In this document: positions 28,087 through 37,128 of the stretch, piece after piece | Numbering within the stretch: the first letter of the stretch is position 1 | Layout: every line of letters begins with the position of its first letter | Assembly: GCA_964413265.1 (NCBI GenBank) | Contig: CAYPRX010000119.1 | Coordinates: 15,445-79,444 of the forward strand | DNA: 64,000 nt | Origin: an uncultured Brevinematales bacterium | Lineage (GTDB): Bacteria > Spirochaetota > Brevinematia > Brevinematales > JAOACQ01 | Reading direction: 5' to 3' | The notes under the pieces: generated by a model | The model's input: only the letters and a program-made list of their open reading frames with translations | What the model was told of the DNA's origin: nothing | Databases searched by the model: none | Made by a program: the position numbers and the translations under genes

Positions 28087-28839
28087 TCAGGCAACAGTAT
28101 TAACAAGATCTTCCAGACCTTCAATCCTTATAATAATCTCGTCGCCTCTCTTCATTTCCCCTATGCCTTCTGGTGTACCTGTTGCTATGACATCACCGGG
28201 GCAAAGAGTCATCACAGTGCTGATGAAGCTCAAAAGCTCAAATATATCGAAGATCATCTCGGCAGTTCTGGCATCCTGCCTGATTTCACCATTAAGTATA
28301 GCCTGTATCCTGAGATCCTGAGGATCAGAGATTTCAGTATCAATAAAAGGTCCAAAAGGTGCGAATGTATCGAAACTCTTCGCCCTTGTCCACTGTCCGT
28401 CAGTTGCCTGAAGGTCCCTTGCGGTAACGTCGTTAAAGGCAGTATAACCCAGTATATAATTAAAAACATCTTGCCGTGAGACATTTTTAGCCCTTTTTTT
28501 TATTACAACGGCGAGTTCGGCCTCATAATCAACACGCGCGGACGAAGCGGGATAAATGATTTTACCATTATTGGGAAGGACACTTGAGGCTGGTTTTAAA
28601 AATATGATGGGGGTTTCAGGAATTTTGAAATCCATTTCCTCTGAGTGGCGTCTGTAATTAAAACCTACTGCTACTATTTTAGAAGGATTAGAAGGTGCCT
28701 GTATCTCAAGTCCTGAAAGTTTTTCCTCGCCGTCCCCTGCCCTCTTAAAATCATCGTTGAGTTTTATTACGTATTCCCCCTCAACTTCTCCGTAAAAACC
28801 GCCGCTATCACCCTTTCGATTGAAAAAACCGATTTTCAA
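28087..28839 (-). CDS. Fumarylacetoacetate hydrolase family protein
   Basis: VGFNY..H, FLKP, DYEAEL, NDVTARD, KSFDTF, GDVIATGTP. Confidence 0.92.
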   Translation of the reverse strand: MKIGFFNRKGDSGGFYGEVEGEYVIKLNDDFKRAGDGEEKLSGLEIQAPSNPSKIVAVGFNYRRHSEEMDFKIPETPIIFLKPASSVLPNNGKIIYPASSARVDYEAELAVVIKKRAKNVSRQDVFNYILGYTAFNDVTARDLQATDGQWTRAKSFDTFAPFGPFIDTEISDPQDLRIQAILNGEIRQDARTAEMIFDIFELLSFISTVMTLCPGDVIATGTPEGIGEMKRGDEIIIRIEGLEDLVNTVA

Positions 28840-28867
28840 GATTTTCTCCTGAATTTAGAGATAAATG

Positions 28868-29206
28868 TTAATCAAATGGTTCTCTTGTGCTTCGACCGGA
28901 CTGGAGTATCAAAGTCGTTACAAATTGCTCGAGTTTTTCAATATTTTCATTTGATATTTCTTCATATCTTATTCCAATTATGCTTCCGTTAACACTTCTC
29001 ACTATGCCCCAGAAATCTATTTCGTCGTTCGTTGCGTCAGGAAGGCGGAAAATAATCCTAACAAGATCGCCTACCACAAAGATCTGCCTGACCTCGATTG
29101 CTATGCCACCAGTTGAAATATCAACAATATTTCCTTCACCCCCGCAGTTCTTAAGGTAATAGCTGGCTTTAATATTTACTGAGATCCTTGTCGGCCTTAA
29201 ATGCAT
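28868..29206 (-). CDS. Single-domain PilZ protein
   Basis: DISTGG motif, GIRY strand; ATG 29206 after CAGGAGG. Confidence 0.8.
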   Translation of the reverse strand: MHLRPTRISVNIKASYYLKNCGGEGNIVDISTGGIAIEVRQIFVVGDLVRIIFRLPDATNDEIDFWGIVRSVNGSIIGIRYEEISNENIEKLEQFVTTLILQSGRSTREPFD

Positions 29207-29233
29207 GAAAACCTCCTGCAATATATCATTGTC

Positions 29234-29485
29234 TTATTTAAAAAGGCCGATATCAGGCTCAGTATCTTGGCCGTTATCCAAGCGGGAAACATTTCTTACT
29301 TCGTAAACTTTTTTTTCAATGTCAGATAGCTTTAATTCAAGTTTTCCGGAAAGTTTCATACCCTCTTCGTATAGAAGAAGCGCTTCCTCGATCTGGACAC
29401 CACTTTCGAGTTTCCCGACGATCTCCTCCAGGCGCTTCATATCGTCTTCAAAACTCCGGCTGCTTTTTTCAATTCTTTTTGGCAT
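29234..29485 (-). CDS. xseB: Exodeoxyribonuclease VII small subunit
   Basis: SFEDDMKRLEEIV.KLESG..EEALLLYEEG; start placed at ATG 29485. Confidence 0.9.
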   Translation of the reverse strand: MPKRIEKSSRSFEDDMKRLEEIVGKLESGVQIEEALLLYEEGMKLSGKLELKLSDIEKKVYEVRNVSRLDNGQDTEPDIGLFK

Positions 29486-29588
29486 TATTTCCCGCCGACA
29501 GTCAAACTTTAAAACCATTATAAGATATAAAAAATAAAAAATAAAGAAAAGGAAGTAATTAATCATGATCCCTTATACTGTCTGCCGG

Positions 29589-29617
29589 TTGACATGGAAT
29601 CCGGGCTATGATAAAGT
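29589..29617 (+). promoter_or_regulatory. Sigma70 promoter
   Basis: TTGACA-N17-TAAAGT. Confidence 0.5.
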
Positions 29618-29636
29618 TTTCAGGAGGAGAAATAAG

Positions 29637-30038
29637 ATGAAAAATATTTTTGAGTTGTCGATATCCACAGGAAGGAGAAATGAATTAATCAATATTACTT
29701 CATCTGTTCAAAAATGCATTTCGGAATCCGGCATAGAAGACGGTCTTTGCCTTGTTTTTATTCCTCATACTACAGCCGGGGTGACTATCAATGAAAACGC
29801 CGATCCCGATGTAGCTTATGATATAGTCAATCATCTTACAAGGATTGTTCCCCCCGGAGGCTATGCCCACTCTGAAGGGAATTCTGATTCACACATCAAA
29901 TCAAGCCTGACAGGTCCTTCTCTTACTCTTATAATTTCCGGCGGAAGGGCTGTTCTTGGAACATGGCAGGGGATTTATTTCGCAGAATTCGATGGTCCAA
30001 GGCACAGGAAATATTTTGTTAAATGCCTTGAGGGATGA
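29637..30038 (+). CDS. yjbQ: YjbQ/UPF0047 family protein
   Basis: PHTTAG..INENADP, GNSDSHIKSS, LGTWQG..EFDG; AGGAGG RBS. Confidence 0.9.
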   Translation: MKNIFELSISTGRRNELINITSSVQKCISESGIEDGLCLVFIPHTTAGVTINENADPDVAYDIVNHLTRIVPPGGYAHSEGNSDSHIKSSLTGPSLTLIISGGRAVLGTWQGIYFAEFDGPRHRKYFVKCLEG

Positions 30039-30602
30039 CTAACGGCTGAAGCTCATAAACGAAGAGTCCTCCCCGAAGAAATAATAAATTGTGCTTTCAT
30101 TAAAACGGTATTGTGCGCTTAAACCCTGCGGTCCGAAGCCCTGGAAATAGGAAAGATCCATTATATATTTACCTCTGGCGAGAAAGATTGTGTACAGGTT
30201 GGAGTTATAAGACCTGTCCGAAATAAATTCCCCGATAAGACGACCGTTCAGCTTTAGGCGGAAACCGTCGTCTGACGCTATCATAAAAGTGTAAAGTCCT
30301 TCTTTATTTACATGTATAACAGAATTAAAAAAAAGAAAAAAATTCTGGTCGTAAGCAAAGTCTCCAAGATCGTTATGATAAAGAATATAACCCGGCCTGA
30401 AGTTTATTGTATTAATATAATATTTTGCTGTAAAATCGGTAAGAACAGGAGTATCCAGCGTCCTGATAATCCCTTTCTGTTTGATAATTGTCATACTTAT
30501 ATTCCTGTGTAAAACAATTGGAGATACCAGGCGGTAAATAAAAAAAATTCCGAAAAGAAGAGTAAAAGCAAGAAATATCAGTTTACTGCCTGAATGTTTC
30601 AT
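30039..30602 (-). CDS. Membrane-anchored PA14 domain protein
   Basis: N-terminal TM; YTFMIASDDGFRLKLNG, YFQGFG are typical of PA14. Confidence 0.8.
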   Translation of the reverse strand: MKHSGSKLIFLAFTLLFGIFFIYRLVSPIVLHRNISMTIIKQKGIIRTLDTPVLTDFTAKYYINTINFRPGYILYHNDLGDFAYDQNFFLFFNSVIHVNKEGLYTFMIASDDGFRLKLNGRLIGEFISDRSYNSNLYTIFLARGKYIMDLSYFQGFGPQGLSAQYRFNESTIYYFFGEDSSFMSFSR

Positions 30603-30621
30603 ATATACTCCTAACTTTAAT

Positions 30622-32151
30622 TTATAAGTTTACAGGAACCAGTCCCCAGACCTTAAACCATGACCTTTTAATAAAACTAATGCTGTCCATCGGTATAAAG
30701 TAACTCAATGGGGAAAAGAAAAGAAAAACACAGAATATCTCAATGAAAAAAATTATCGATATGTTACGGAGAATTCTGTCATTTGTCTTCATTTCCTTCC
30801 TGAAAAAATGCTGGAAAATCATAAATGCGAGGATAAGGGAGAATAGCAGAGGGATAAAATAATGGTATAAATACATCACTCTTTTTATGGTCAGCATTAA
30901 TCCCATATATGCAAAATAGAGTACGGTGAAATAAAAGATCATTCGAAAATCCATCCTGTCTTCTGCCGGGGTCTTGAATAAGAACACCCCTGAGACGAAG
31001 ATTGTGGCCATGAAAATCCCGAATAATCCTGAAAACCAGATGAGGGGATTACCCTGGAGATAAAGATACGCGACACTTCCCCCTGATTTGCTCCAGCGGT
31101 AATTAATGCTTTTGTAACCGAAAGGCCAGGCATAAGGAGGGCTTCCGTTTTCATTGATCTTGGCAGGGTCCCATTGCGGGACTCCCTTTTCGTAATTCTC
31201 TATATAGGCGAAAGAATCCCTCAGCATCATGAAGAAATGAACGGGGTTTGCAGTTGTTTTTGATTTAAGGATAGATTGGTATTGGGCTGACGCGAAATAA
31301 AGCCTGTTGCCTTCCACGTGTGATGCAACAGAAAAATGGATGTAATATGATATGAAAAAAACAAGCAGAACTCCAGAAGCCGATAAAACGGCTTTAGTGA
31401 AAAAATCTATTCTACTTTTCCAGGTAAACCTGAGTTTCATTATGATCGGCCTGAAATCTTCAAATGCAAGAAAAATAAATAATAAAAGCAAAATTGCACC
31501 GTTGAATTTTACTGAAATAGCGGAGCCGATCAGAGATCCAAGAATAAAATATTCCATCGGGCTTCTAATACCTCTTTTTTGCACAATTATCAAAAAGTAT
31601 AAAATGGACAAAAGTATGAAAAAAATCTGTATGCCGTCTATCATTGCTCCCCTGAAATGGACAAGAAGGGCGTTATCGAAGAGGTAAAGGGAAGTGAATG
31701 CAAATGCATAATGTATGGAAACTGACAGCCTGCTAAGAATAAGGAAAAAAAGCACGGATGATAAAGCCCCGAAAAGCACAGGGAAAAAACGCATACCGGC
31801 AAATGAATAATTATCAGGGAAGGTATGGATAAAATCGGTTGTAAGAAAAGATGAAGTGTCGATATTTTCATTCGGATTTATTAATACCTCGCCCAGCGAC
31901 ATGATCAATTTTCCAAGGGGGGGATGGTCCGACATGAAGAAAACTCCGTTAATGTACTTCTGCGCCGCAGGTATATAGCCGTTCTCGTCCCAGAAGGGAC
32001 CATCCGGGTAACTATACCCGCCTTCATACTCTATTTTTCCGGTTGACGGTTCTTTAATGATAATCACAGGCATGAGAAAATAACATACCAGAGAGCAGGC
32101 CAGAATTAAGCAGGAATATAAAGGGATATAATATTTTTTTTTATTTTTCAT
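30622..32151 (-). CDS. Protein O-mannosyltransferase-like GT-C glycosyltransferase (GT39/PMT)
   Basis: FWDE acidic motif, DHPPLGK, VKFNG, SPPYAWP, GNPLIW, YLYHYFIP; polytopic membrane protein. Confidence 0.8.
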   Translation of the reverse strand: MKNKKKYYIPLYSCLILACSLVCYFLMPVIIIKEPSTGKIEYEGGYSYPDGPFWDENGYIPAAQKYINGVFFMSDHPPLGKLIMSLGEVLINPNENIDTSSFLTTDFIHTFPDNYSFAGMRFFPVLFGALSSVLFFLILSRLSVSIHYAFAFTSLYLFDNALLVHFRGAMIDGIQIFFILLSILYFLIIVQKRGIRSPMEYFILGSLIGSAISVKFNGAILLLLFIFLAFEDFRPIIMKLRFTWKSRIDFFTKAVLSASGVLLVFFISYYIHFSVASHVEGNRLYFASAQYQSILKSKTTANPVHFFMMLRDSFAYIENYEKGVPQWDPAKINENGSPPYAWPFGYKSINYRWSKSGGSVAYLYLQGNPLIWFSGLFGIFMATIFVSGVFLFKTPAEDRMDFRMIFYFTVLYFAYMGLMLTIKRVMYLYHYFIPLLFSLILAFMIFQHFFRKEMKTNDRILRNISIIFFIEIFCVFLFFSPLSYFIPMDSISFIKRSWFKVWGLVPVNL

Positions 32152-32181
32152 TTCACTTCTTTCTTCAGCCGATGCGGGGAA

Positions 32182-32210
32182 ATTTTAATTTTCACCTGCA
32201 GAAAAGTCAA
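32182..32210 (-). promoter_or_regulatory. Sigma70 promoter for the PMT-PA14 operon
   Basis: TTGACT-N17-TAAAAT. Confidence 0.55.
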
Positions 32211-32356
32211 AAATATACTTTACAAAGAACAATTTTTGCCTATTTTTATCAATAGTGGTACTTTGTACAATTCTTCCTCTAGTTAAGAAATACTTGACAA
32301 ATTCCGAAAATAAATCAAAATATGAGTAGCTTTAGAGTTACTTTTAGGAGTCGCCT

Positions 32357-33073
32357 ATGAAAAATTCACCGATTTTATTACTTGTGCTTTCATTTTTATT
32401 TTCCAGCGGGTTGTTCTACGGTGCTCATAATATTACAGAAGATGCGGTAAGTACGGTAGGCCCTGACGGAATACCCCAGCTTATAGATGTTATACGGTCA
32501 ACAGACCCTGCCGATGATGAAATCAGGATGAAGGCAATGCAGAGACTCGGCGAGCTGAAAGCCAAGGAAGCTACCGATATGCTTATCGAAATGCTCCAGA
32601 CAAAAAGGCTTGTGCTCGGCGGGGAGGAAATATATAATTGGAGAGTGAAAGTTGAGGCGGCAAAAGCACTTTCAGCGATAGGCGACGAAAAGGCAAGCAC
32701 GTATCTTGTTGAAATGCTTAGATATGAAAATGACGATATTGTCAAAAGAGGGATTGCACAGGCACTGGGAGACATGGGAGAAGCTGCGAGGAAAAAGCCA
32801 GTCCTTGATGTTATGCACAGCCAGCTTGAGATCGCCAGGGATAATGGCCTTGTGGCGGACCTATGTTATGCTCTCGGGAAAATAGGTGATAAATCGTCTT
32901 TTGTTTATCTGCTTCGAGTGACGCAGGGACCATGGCTTAATTATGTTAAGGAAACGGGTCAGAAAGCTATTACAATGATTAAGTGGGATAAAGCTTCTGT
33001 ATTTGAGGAAGAAAATGCTGCCAGTGAAAGTTCTTCAACCTCAACAAAAAATGTCACGAATACCCGTAAGTAA
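32357..33073 (+). CDS. Exported HEAT-repeat protein
   Basis: Signal peptide; repeats like RMKAMQRLGELK, KVEAAKALSAIG, RGIAQALGDMG, CYALGKIG; Ser/Thr-rich tail. Confidence 0.85.
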   Translation: MKNSPILLLVLSFLFSSGLFYGAHNITEDAVSTVGPDGIPQLIDVIRSTDPADDEIRMKAMQRLGELKAKEATDMLIEMLQTKRLVLGGEEIYNWRVKVEAAKALSAIGDEKASTYLVEMLRYENDDIVKRGIAQALGDMGEAARKKPVLDVMHSQLEIARDNGLVADLCYALGKIGDKSSFVYLLRVTQGPWLNYVKETGQKAITMIKWDKASVFEEENAASESSSTSTKNVTNTRK

Positions 33074-33108
33074 TAGTTCTTTTAATCCAGGCTCATATTA
33101 AAGAAGCT

Positions 33109-33151
33109 GCCTGTTCCTGCCCCAAAAAGGGGGAAGGAACGGGCTTTTTTT
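33109..33151 (+). terminator. Rho-independent terminator
   Basis: GCCTGTTCCT.CCCC...GGGG.AGGAACGGGC stem followed by T7. Confidence 0.85.
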
Positions 33152-33168
33152 ATAGAGGGAGGGGAGTA

Positions 33169-33873
33169 ATGAAAAAAAATTCAAAGCTTGTGAACAAGCT
33201 CGATAATATTCTGGACACATTTATCCTCAAGGGGAAATATAAACCCGCTATTGAGGATCTGCAGGCGATGGAAAAGGAGTCCGGAAGCAATGACCTGATA
33301 TCCTATTATCTCGGCATCTGCTTTTTAAATGTTGATAATTATCATAAAGCAGCTGATTGTCTCAAAAACATCTCAACTTCCAGGGAACTTTCCATCATGC
33401 AGATTATTCAGTGCAATATGCTTTTGGGAATTATTTATACTGAGCTTGGGACTTATTCCAAAGCCGAGAAATTCTTTAAAAAATCACTCGAGATCAATCC
33501 GGAAAGCTCAATGTCGTTTTCTGCCCTCGGTTATGTCTATTATTTGACTAAAAAGTTTGATATGGCGATATTCAATTTTAAAAAGGCTTTACAGTGCGAT
33601 CCGAACAATGCGAGTGCTCATAATAACCTCGGCTATACTCTTGCCGAACTCGGCATAAACCTCAACGAAGCGGTAAATGAATGCAGGAAAGCAGTGGCTT
33701 TAAATCCCGATTCCGCAGCTTACCGGGACAGCCTTGGATGGGCCATGTACAAGACTGAGGATTACAAAGCAGCCGTGGCTGAACTTGAACAGGCACTGAA
33801 ATTTCCTACTAAAAACCAGGAATTAATATATGAGCATTTGAATACAGCTATCAAGAAGAGGGACAGGCTATAA
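33169..33873 (+). CDS. TPR repeat protein
   Basis: Consecutive 34-aa repeats (LG..Y..A...F.KAL..DP). Confidence 0.9.
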   Translation: MKKNSKLVNKLDNILDTFILKGKYKPAIEDLQAMEKESGSNDLISYYLGICFLNVDNYHKAADCLKNISTSRELSIMQIIQCNMLLGIIYTELGTYSKAEKFFKKSLEINPESSMSFSALGYVYYLTKKFDMAIFNFKKALQCDPNNASAHNNLGYTLAELGINLNEAVNECRKAVALNPDSAAYRDSLGWAMYKTEDYKAAVAELEQALKFPTKNQELIYEHLNTAIKKRDRL

Positions 33874-33876
33874 AGG

Positions 33877-34824
33877 ATGAAAAAAATTTTTGTTGACGGG
33901 CAGCATGGAACTACAGGGATAAAGATCTTTGAAATGCTGAAAAATCATGAGGGGATAGAATTAATAGAAATCCCGGAACAGGATAGAAAAAATTCAATAG
34001 AAAAATCTGAAAGGTATGGGAGGGCAGACCTGGTTATACTCTGTCTGCCTGACAAAGCTTCAAGAGAAGCTTTTTCCCATTTAATGCATGTTAAGGCTAA
34101 GGTTATTGATTCGAGCACAGCCTTCAGAGTGGATACTGATTGGGTTTACGGGTTACCGGAACTGGGAAAAAGCAGCCGTGAAAAAATCAAAAATGCAAAA
34201 TGGGTAACAAATCCCGGATGCTATTCGACCGGGTTTTTGCTTGCCCTCGAACCACTGGTGAAAAGCGGCGTAATTCCAGAAGATTATCCTGTAACTTCAT
34301 ATTCCATTACAGGTTATAGCGGAGGCGGCAGGACCATGATATCGGAGTTTGAATCTTATGGAGAAAAACGCAGCATGGATGTCTGCTGCAGGCCTAAAAA
34401 CCTTGATCTCAAACATAAACACCTGCCTGAAATGAAAAAATATGCACATTTAAAATATAATCCCAGTTTTATACCTATTGTTGGTAATTTTTATAACGGG
34501 ATGCTGGTTTTTTTGCCGATCCATTCATATTTACTTCCAAAGAAAATTACACCGGACGATATGAGGAAAATTCTCAAGGAAAATTATGAAAGGGAGCCTT
34601 TCATATCTGTTATTTCAAAAGAAGAAACTGATGCGATAGGCAGCGGCTTTATATCACCTACGGCTCTGAACGGGACAAACAGGGTTGAAATATTCGTTAC
34701 GGGGCATAAAGACCAGATCATGCTGATATCAAGACTTGATAACCTTGGCAAGGGCGCCTCCGGAGCAGCAGTGCAGAATATGAACATTATGCTGGGTTTT
34801 GATGAGCTTGAAGGTCTGCTATAG
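33877..34824 (+). CDS. argC: N-acetyl-gamma-glutamyl-phosphate reductase (short type)
   Basis: DGQHGTTG, NPGCYSTG, SGGG, DNLGKGASGAAVQNMN. Confidence 0.95.
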   Translation: MKKIFVDGQHGTTGIKIFEMLKNHEGIELIEIPEQDRKNSIEKSERYGRADLVILCLPDKASREAFSHLMHVKAKVIDSSTAFRVDTDWVYGLPELGKSSREKIKNAKWVTNPGCYSTGFLLALEPLVKSGVIPEDYPVTSYSITGYSGGGRTMISEFESYGEKRSMDVCCRPKNLDLKHKHLPEMKKYAHLKYNPSFIPIVGNFYNGMLVFLPIHSYLLPKKITPDDMRKILKENYEREPFISVISKEETDAIGSGFISPTALNGTNRVEIFVTGHKDQIMLISRLDNLGKGASGAAVQNMNIMLGFDELEGLL

Positions 34825-36537
34825 GCTTGCCTGGATATTAAACAGCTTTTTATAGATACCGCCCTGACTGAGGAGTTCAGCATGAGTTCCTATCTCGATG
34901 ATTTTACCATTTTCCAGGACGACTATCCTGTCGGCGTTCATAATGGTTGAAAGCTTGTGGGATACTATAAGCGTTGTTTGATTTCCAAGGATTCCTTTCA
35001 TTGCCTTTTGTATAAGCTGCTCTGACTTGGCATCCAGTGAACTGGTAGCCTCGTCAAGTATCAATATTTTTGGTTTTCTCAGAACAGCCCTTGCCAGAGC
35101 GATCCTCTGCTTTTCCCCTCCTGATAGCTTGACCCCCCTCTCACCAAGGATTGTTCCGTATCCCTGAGGCAATTCGCTGATGAACTGATCCGCATTTGCG
35201 ATTCTTGCCGCCTCTATTACTTCCTTTTTCCCTGCCTCAGGTTTCGAGAGCCTGATATTTTCAATGATTGATCCTGAAAAGAGTATACTTTCCTGAGTAA
35301 CCAGGCTTATCTGGGAACGGATGGAACCGGGATTATAGTGAGAAACGTCTTTCCCGTCTATTAAAAATTCTCCCCTGACAGGATGATAAAAAACTGGAAC
35401 AAGGGATATAAACGTTGTTTTTCCTGCCCCGCTTGGACCAACGATGGCCACAGTTTCTCCATGCCTTACTGACAGGTTTATTTTGCTTAGCGCTGTCCTG
35501 TCATTCTCATACTGAAAATAGAGCCTTTTCCATTCCAGGTCTCCCCTGATAGTACCAAAATCGGGGAAGTCCGTATTCTCTTTTTCCCTGGAATCGATCA
35601 GCTCGAATACCCTTGCACCGGCAGGCTGGAGTTTACGCAGCACCATTAAGATGTCAGAAATCCGGCTGAAAGGTTGTGAAAGCACCATAACCGCGAAAAA
35701 GAAATTAATTATATCCTGAGGCGTGGCTATACCCCTCTGGACACTGAGAGCTCCAAGAAAAAGGATAAGGAGGACGGCAATAACCCCGAAAAATTCAGAA
35801 GACGGCGTTCCCAGAAACCTAATTCTCATCTCCCTCTTTACTGCATTTAAATGAGAGTCGTTGGATTCAGAGAATTTCAGCTTTATGGATTCCTCGACGC
35901 CGTATCCCTTAATGATATCTATACCGTAAATGGCTTCCTCGATTCCAGATGTGATGTCCGATATATTTTTCTGAACACTGAGGCTGAGCCTCTGGACAAT
36001 AGCACCGAGGCTGGCAATTACAATGGCGATAACCGGGCCTATAGATAAAAAATACAATGATAATCTTGTATTAAGCACGAACATATAAATAATTACAGAT
36101 ATGAAAATCATCGGCTGCAAAAATAGGTCCATAGCAATATTCATGAAAAAGTTTTCTATAATACCGACATCATTCAAAATTCTAGACATAATTTCGCCAC
36201 TTTTGTTCTTTTTATAATAAAATACGGGCAAGTCTATGAGTTTCCTGAAGACATCAAACCTTATATCATGCATGACATTTACAGCCAGAGTATTGGATAA
36301 GAGGTATATGAAATAGTGGGAAAAAGCCCAGATAAAGCCAAGCCCCAGCAGCCCTGCGATTACCGTAAGGTTCACTTTTTCGAAATTCCTGCCGATAAAA
36401 GCGTTTGAAAAAAAATTACCTATTCCCAGGATACCGGCAATCTGAGCTCCAGTTATAATTATGACAAAAAAAAGATAAAACGCAAAATGAAATTTGTATT
36501 TAAAAGCGTAGCTCGAAAGACGTGAGTAGACTTTCAT
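34819..36537 (-). CDS. ABC exporter, fused permease/ATPase (MsbA-like)
   Basis: Six-TM domain, GPSGAGKT, LSGGEKQR, LILDEATS. Confidence 0.92.
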   Translation of the reverse strand: MKVYSRLSSYAFKYKFHFAFYLFFVIIITGAQIAGILGIGNFFSNAFIGRNFEKVNLTVIAGLLGLGFIWAFSHYFIYLLSNTLAVNVMHDIRFDVFRKLIDLPVFYYKKNKSGEIMSRILNDVGIIENFFMNIAMDLFLQPMIFISVIIYMFVLNTRLSLYFLSIGPVIAIVIASLGAIVQRLSLSVQKNISDITSGIEEAIYGIDIIKGYGVEESIKLKFSESNDSHLNAVKREMRIRFLGTPSSEFFGVIAVLLILFLGALSVQRGIATPQDIINFFFAVMVLSQPFSRISDILMVLRKLQPAGARVFELIDSREKENTDFPDFGTIRGDLEWKRLYFQYENDRTALSKINLSVRHGETVAIVGPSGAGKTTFISLVPVFYHPVRGEFLIDGKDVSHYNPGSIRSQISLVTQESILFSGSIIENIRLSKPEAGKKEVIEAARIANADQFISELPQGYGTILGERGVKLSGGEKQRIALARAVLRKPKILILDEATSSLDAKSEQLIQKAMKGILGNQTTLIVSHKLSTIMNADRIVVLENGKIIEIGTHAELLSQGGIYKKLFNIQASL

Positions 36538-36569
36538 TTTAAACCATCCCGGTCCGATCAGGTGGAATA

Positions 36570-36598
36570 ATAATAAATCAATGCGTTGTTTTTGTCAA
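36570..36598 (-). promoter_or_regulatory. Sigma70 promoter for the ABC exporter
   Basis: TTGACA-N17-TATTAT. Confidence 0.65.
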
Positions 36599-36629
36599 AA
36601 TGAACTTCTGTAAGTCTTCATCACTATTA

Positions 36630-36858
36630 ATTCCCCTTTTTCCTAGCGCCTTGAATCAGTAAGCTTGATTTACTAAGGCTCAAAACCGCTGCAAGTTGAA
36701 CTCACACAAACCCTGAAAGATATTAACTTTTTAAATGTTATTATTTTACGATTAACTTGATTGATTAACAGGGTCTGTGCTCGGACAACAACTTGCTTTT
36801 CGCAGTTATTCGCCTTGCAAATCTACACTTACTTCATATGTTGCGGAAAAAGGGGAAT
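36630..36858 (-). ncRNA. Candidate rod-shaped structured ncRNA (6S-like geometry, family unassigned)
   Basis: Seven or more nested helices, including a 14-bp terminal stem. Three positions are G-U on the minus strand but A-C on the plus strand. Confidence 0.6.
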
Positions 36859-36884
36859 AGGTGACTATAATCGTCATAAAACCA

Positions 36885-36912
36885 TTGAATTTTTAAAAAA
36901 ACAAAGTACAAT
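36885..36912 (+). promoter_or_regulatory. Sigma70 promoter upstream of the structured leader and hydrolase gene
   Basis: TTGAAT-N16-TACAAT. Confidence 0.5.
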
Positions 36913-36929
36913 ATTAACGTTCTGAGGAT

Positions 36930-37103
36930 ATCAGGCCGAATTTTAGTTTTAACCGAATTCCTGGAAGTAAATTAGGGTCGATGCTTCAGCAAAGATGATC
37001 CAATACGGGATATCGATGCATGGCATGGCAAGCCTGATTGCCGAGGCGAAAAACGTTGTTCACAATCTGCCAGCGTTTTTTGGCTATTTCTCTCGCCTCG
37101 GCA
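36930..37103 (+). other. Two abutting stem-closed domains in the ~210-nt region upstream of the hydrolase (candidate cis-regulatory RNA)
   Basis: ATCAGGC/GCCTGAT (36930-37038) and TGCCGAGGCGA/TCGCCTCGGCA (37039-37103). Confidence 0.45.
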
Positions 37104-37128
37104 GGGCTACCATTGGGGAAGAATACAA

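Noticed and set aside
36630-36858. MITE or integron attC interpretation of the inverted repeat
   Set aside because: No target-site duplication, no RYYYAAC/GTTRRRY cores and no integrase. The strand-biased G-U pairs favour RNA. Copy number is untested.
37021-37041. Sigma54 promoter TGGCA...TTGC
   Set aside because: The GG-GC spacing is N11, not the required N10.
36922-37052. Hammerhead ribozyme core (CTGAGGA ... GAAA)
   Set aside because: No GAAA directly follows a stem II, and stems I and III cannot be formed.
37039-37111. REP-like element (GTAG followed by a palindrome on the minus strand)
   Set aside because: No short hairpin directly after GTAG, no second copy in the window and no RAYT transposase.
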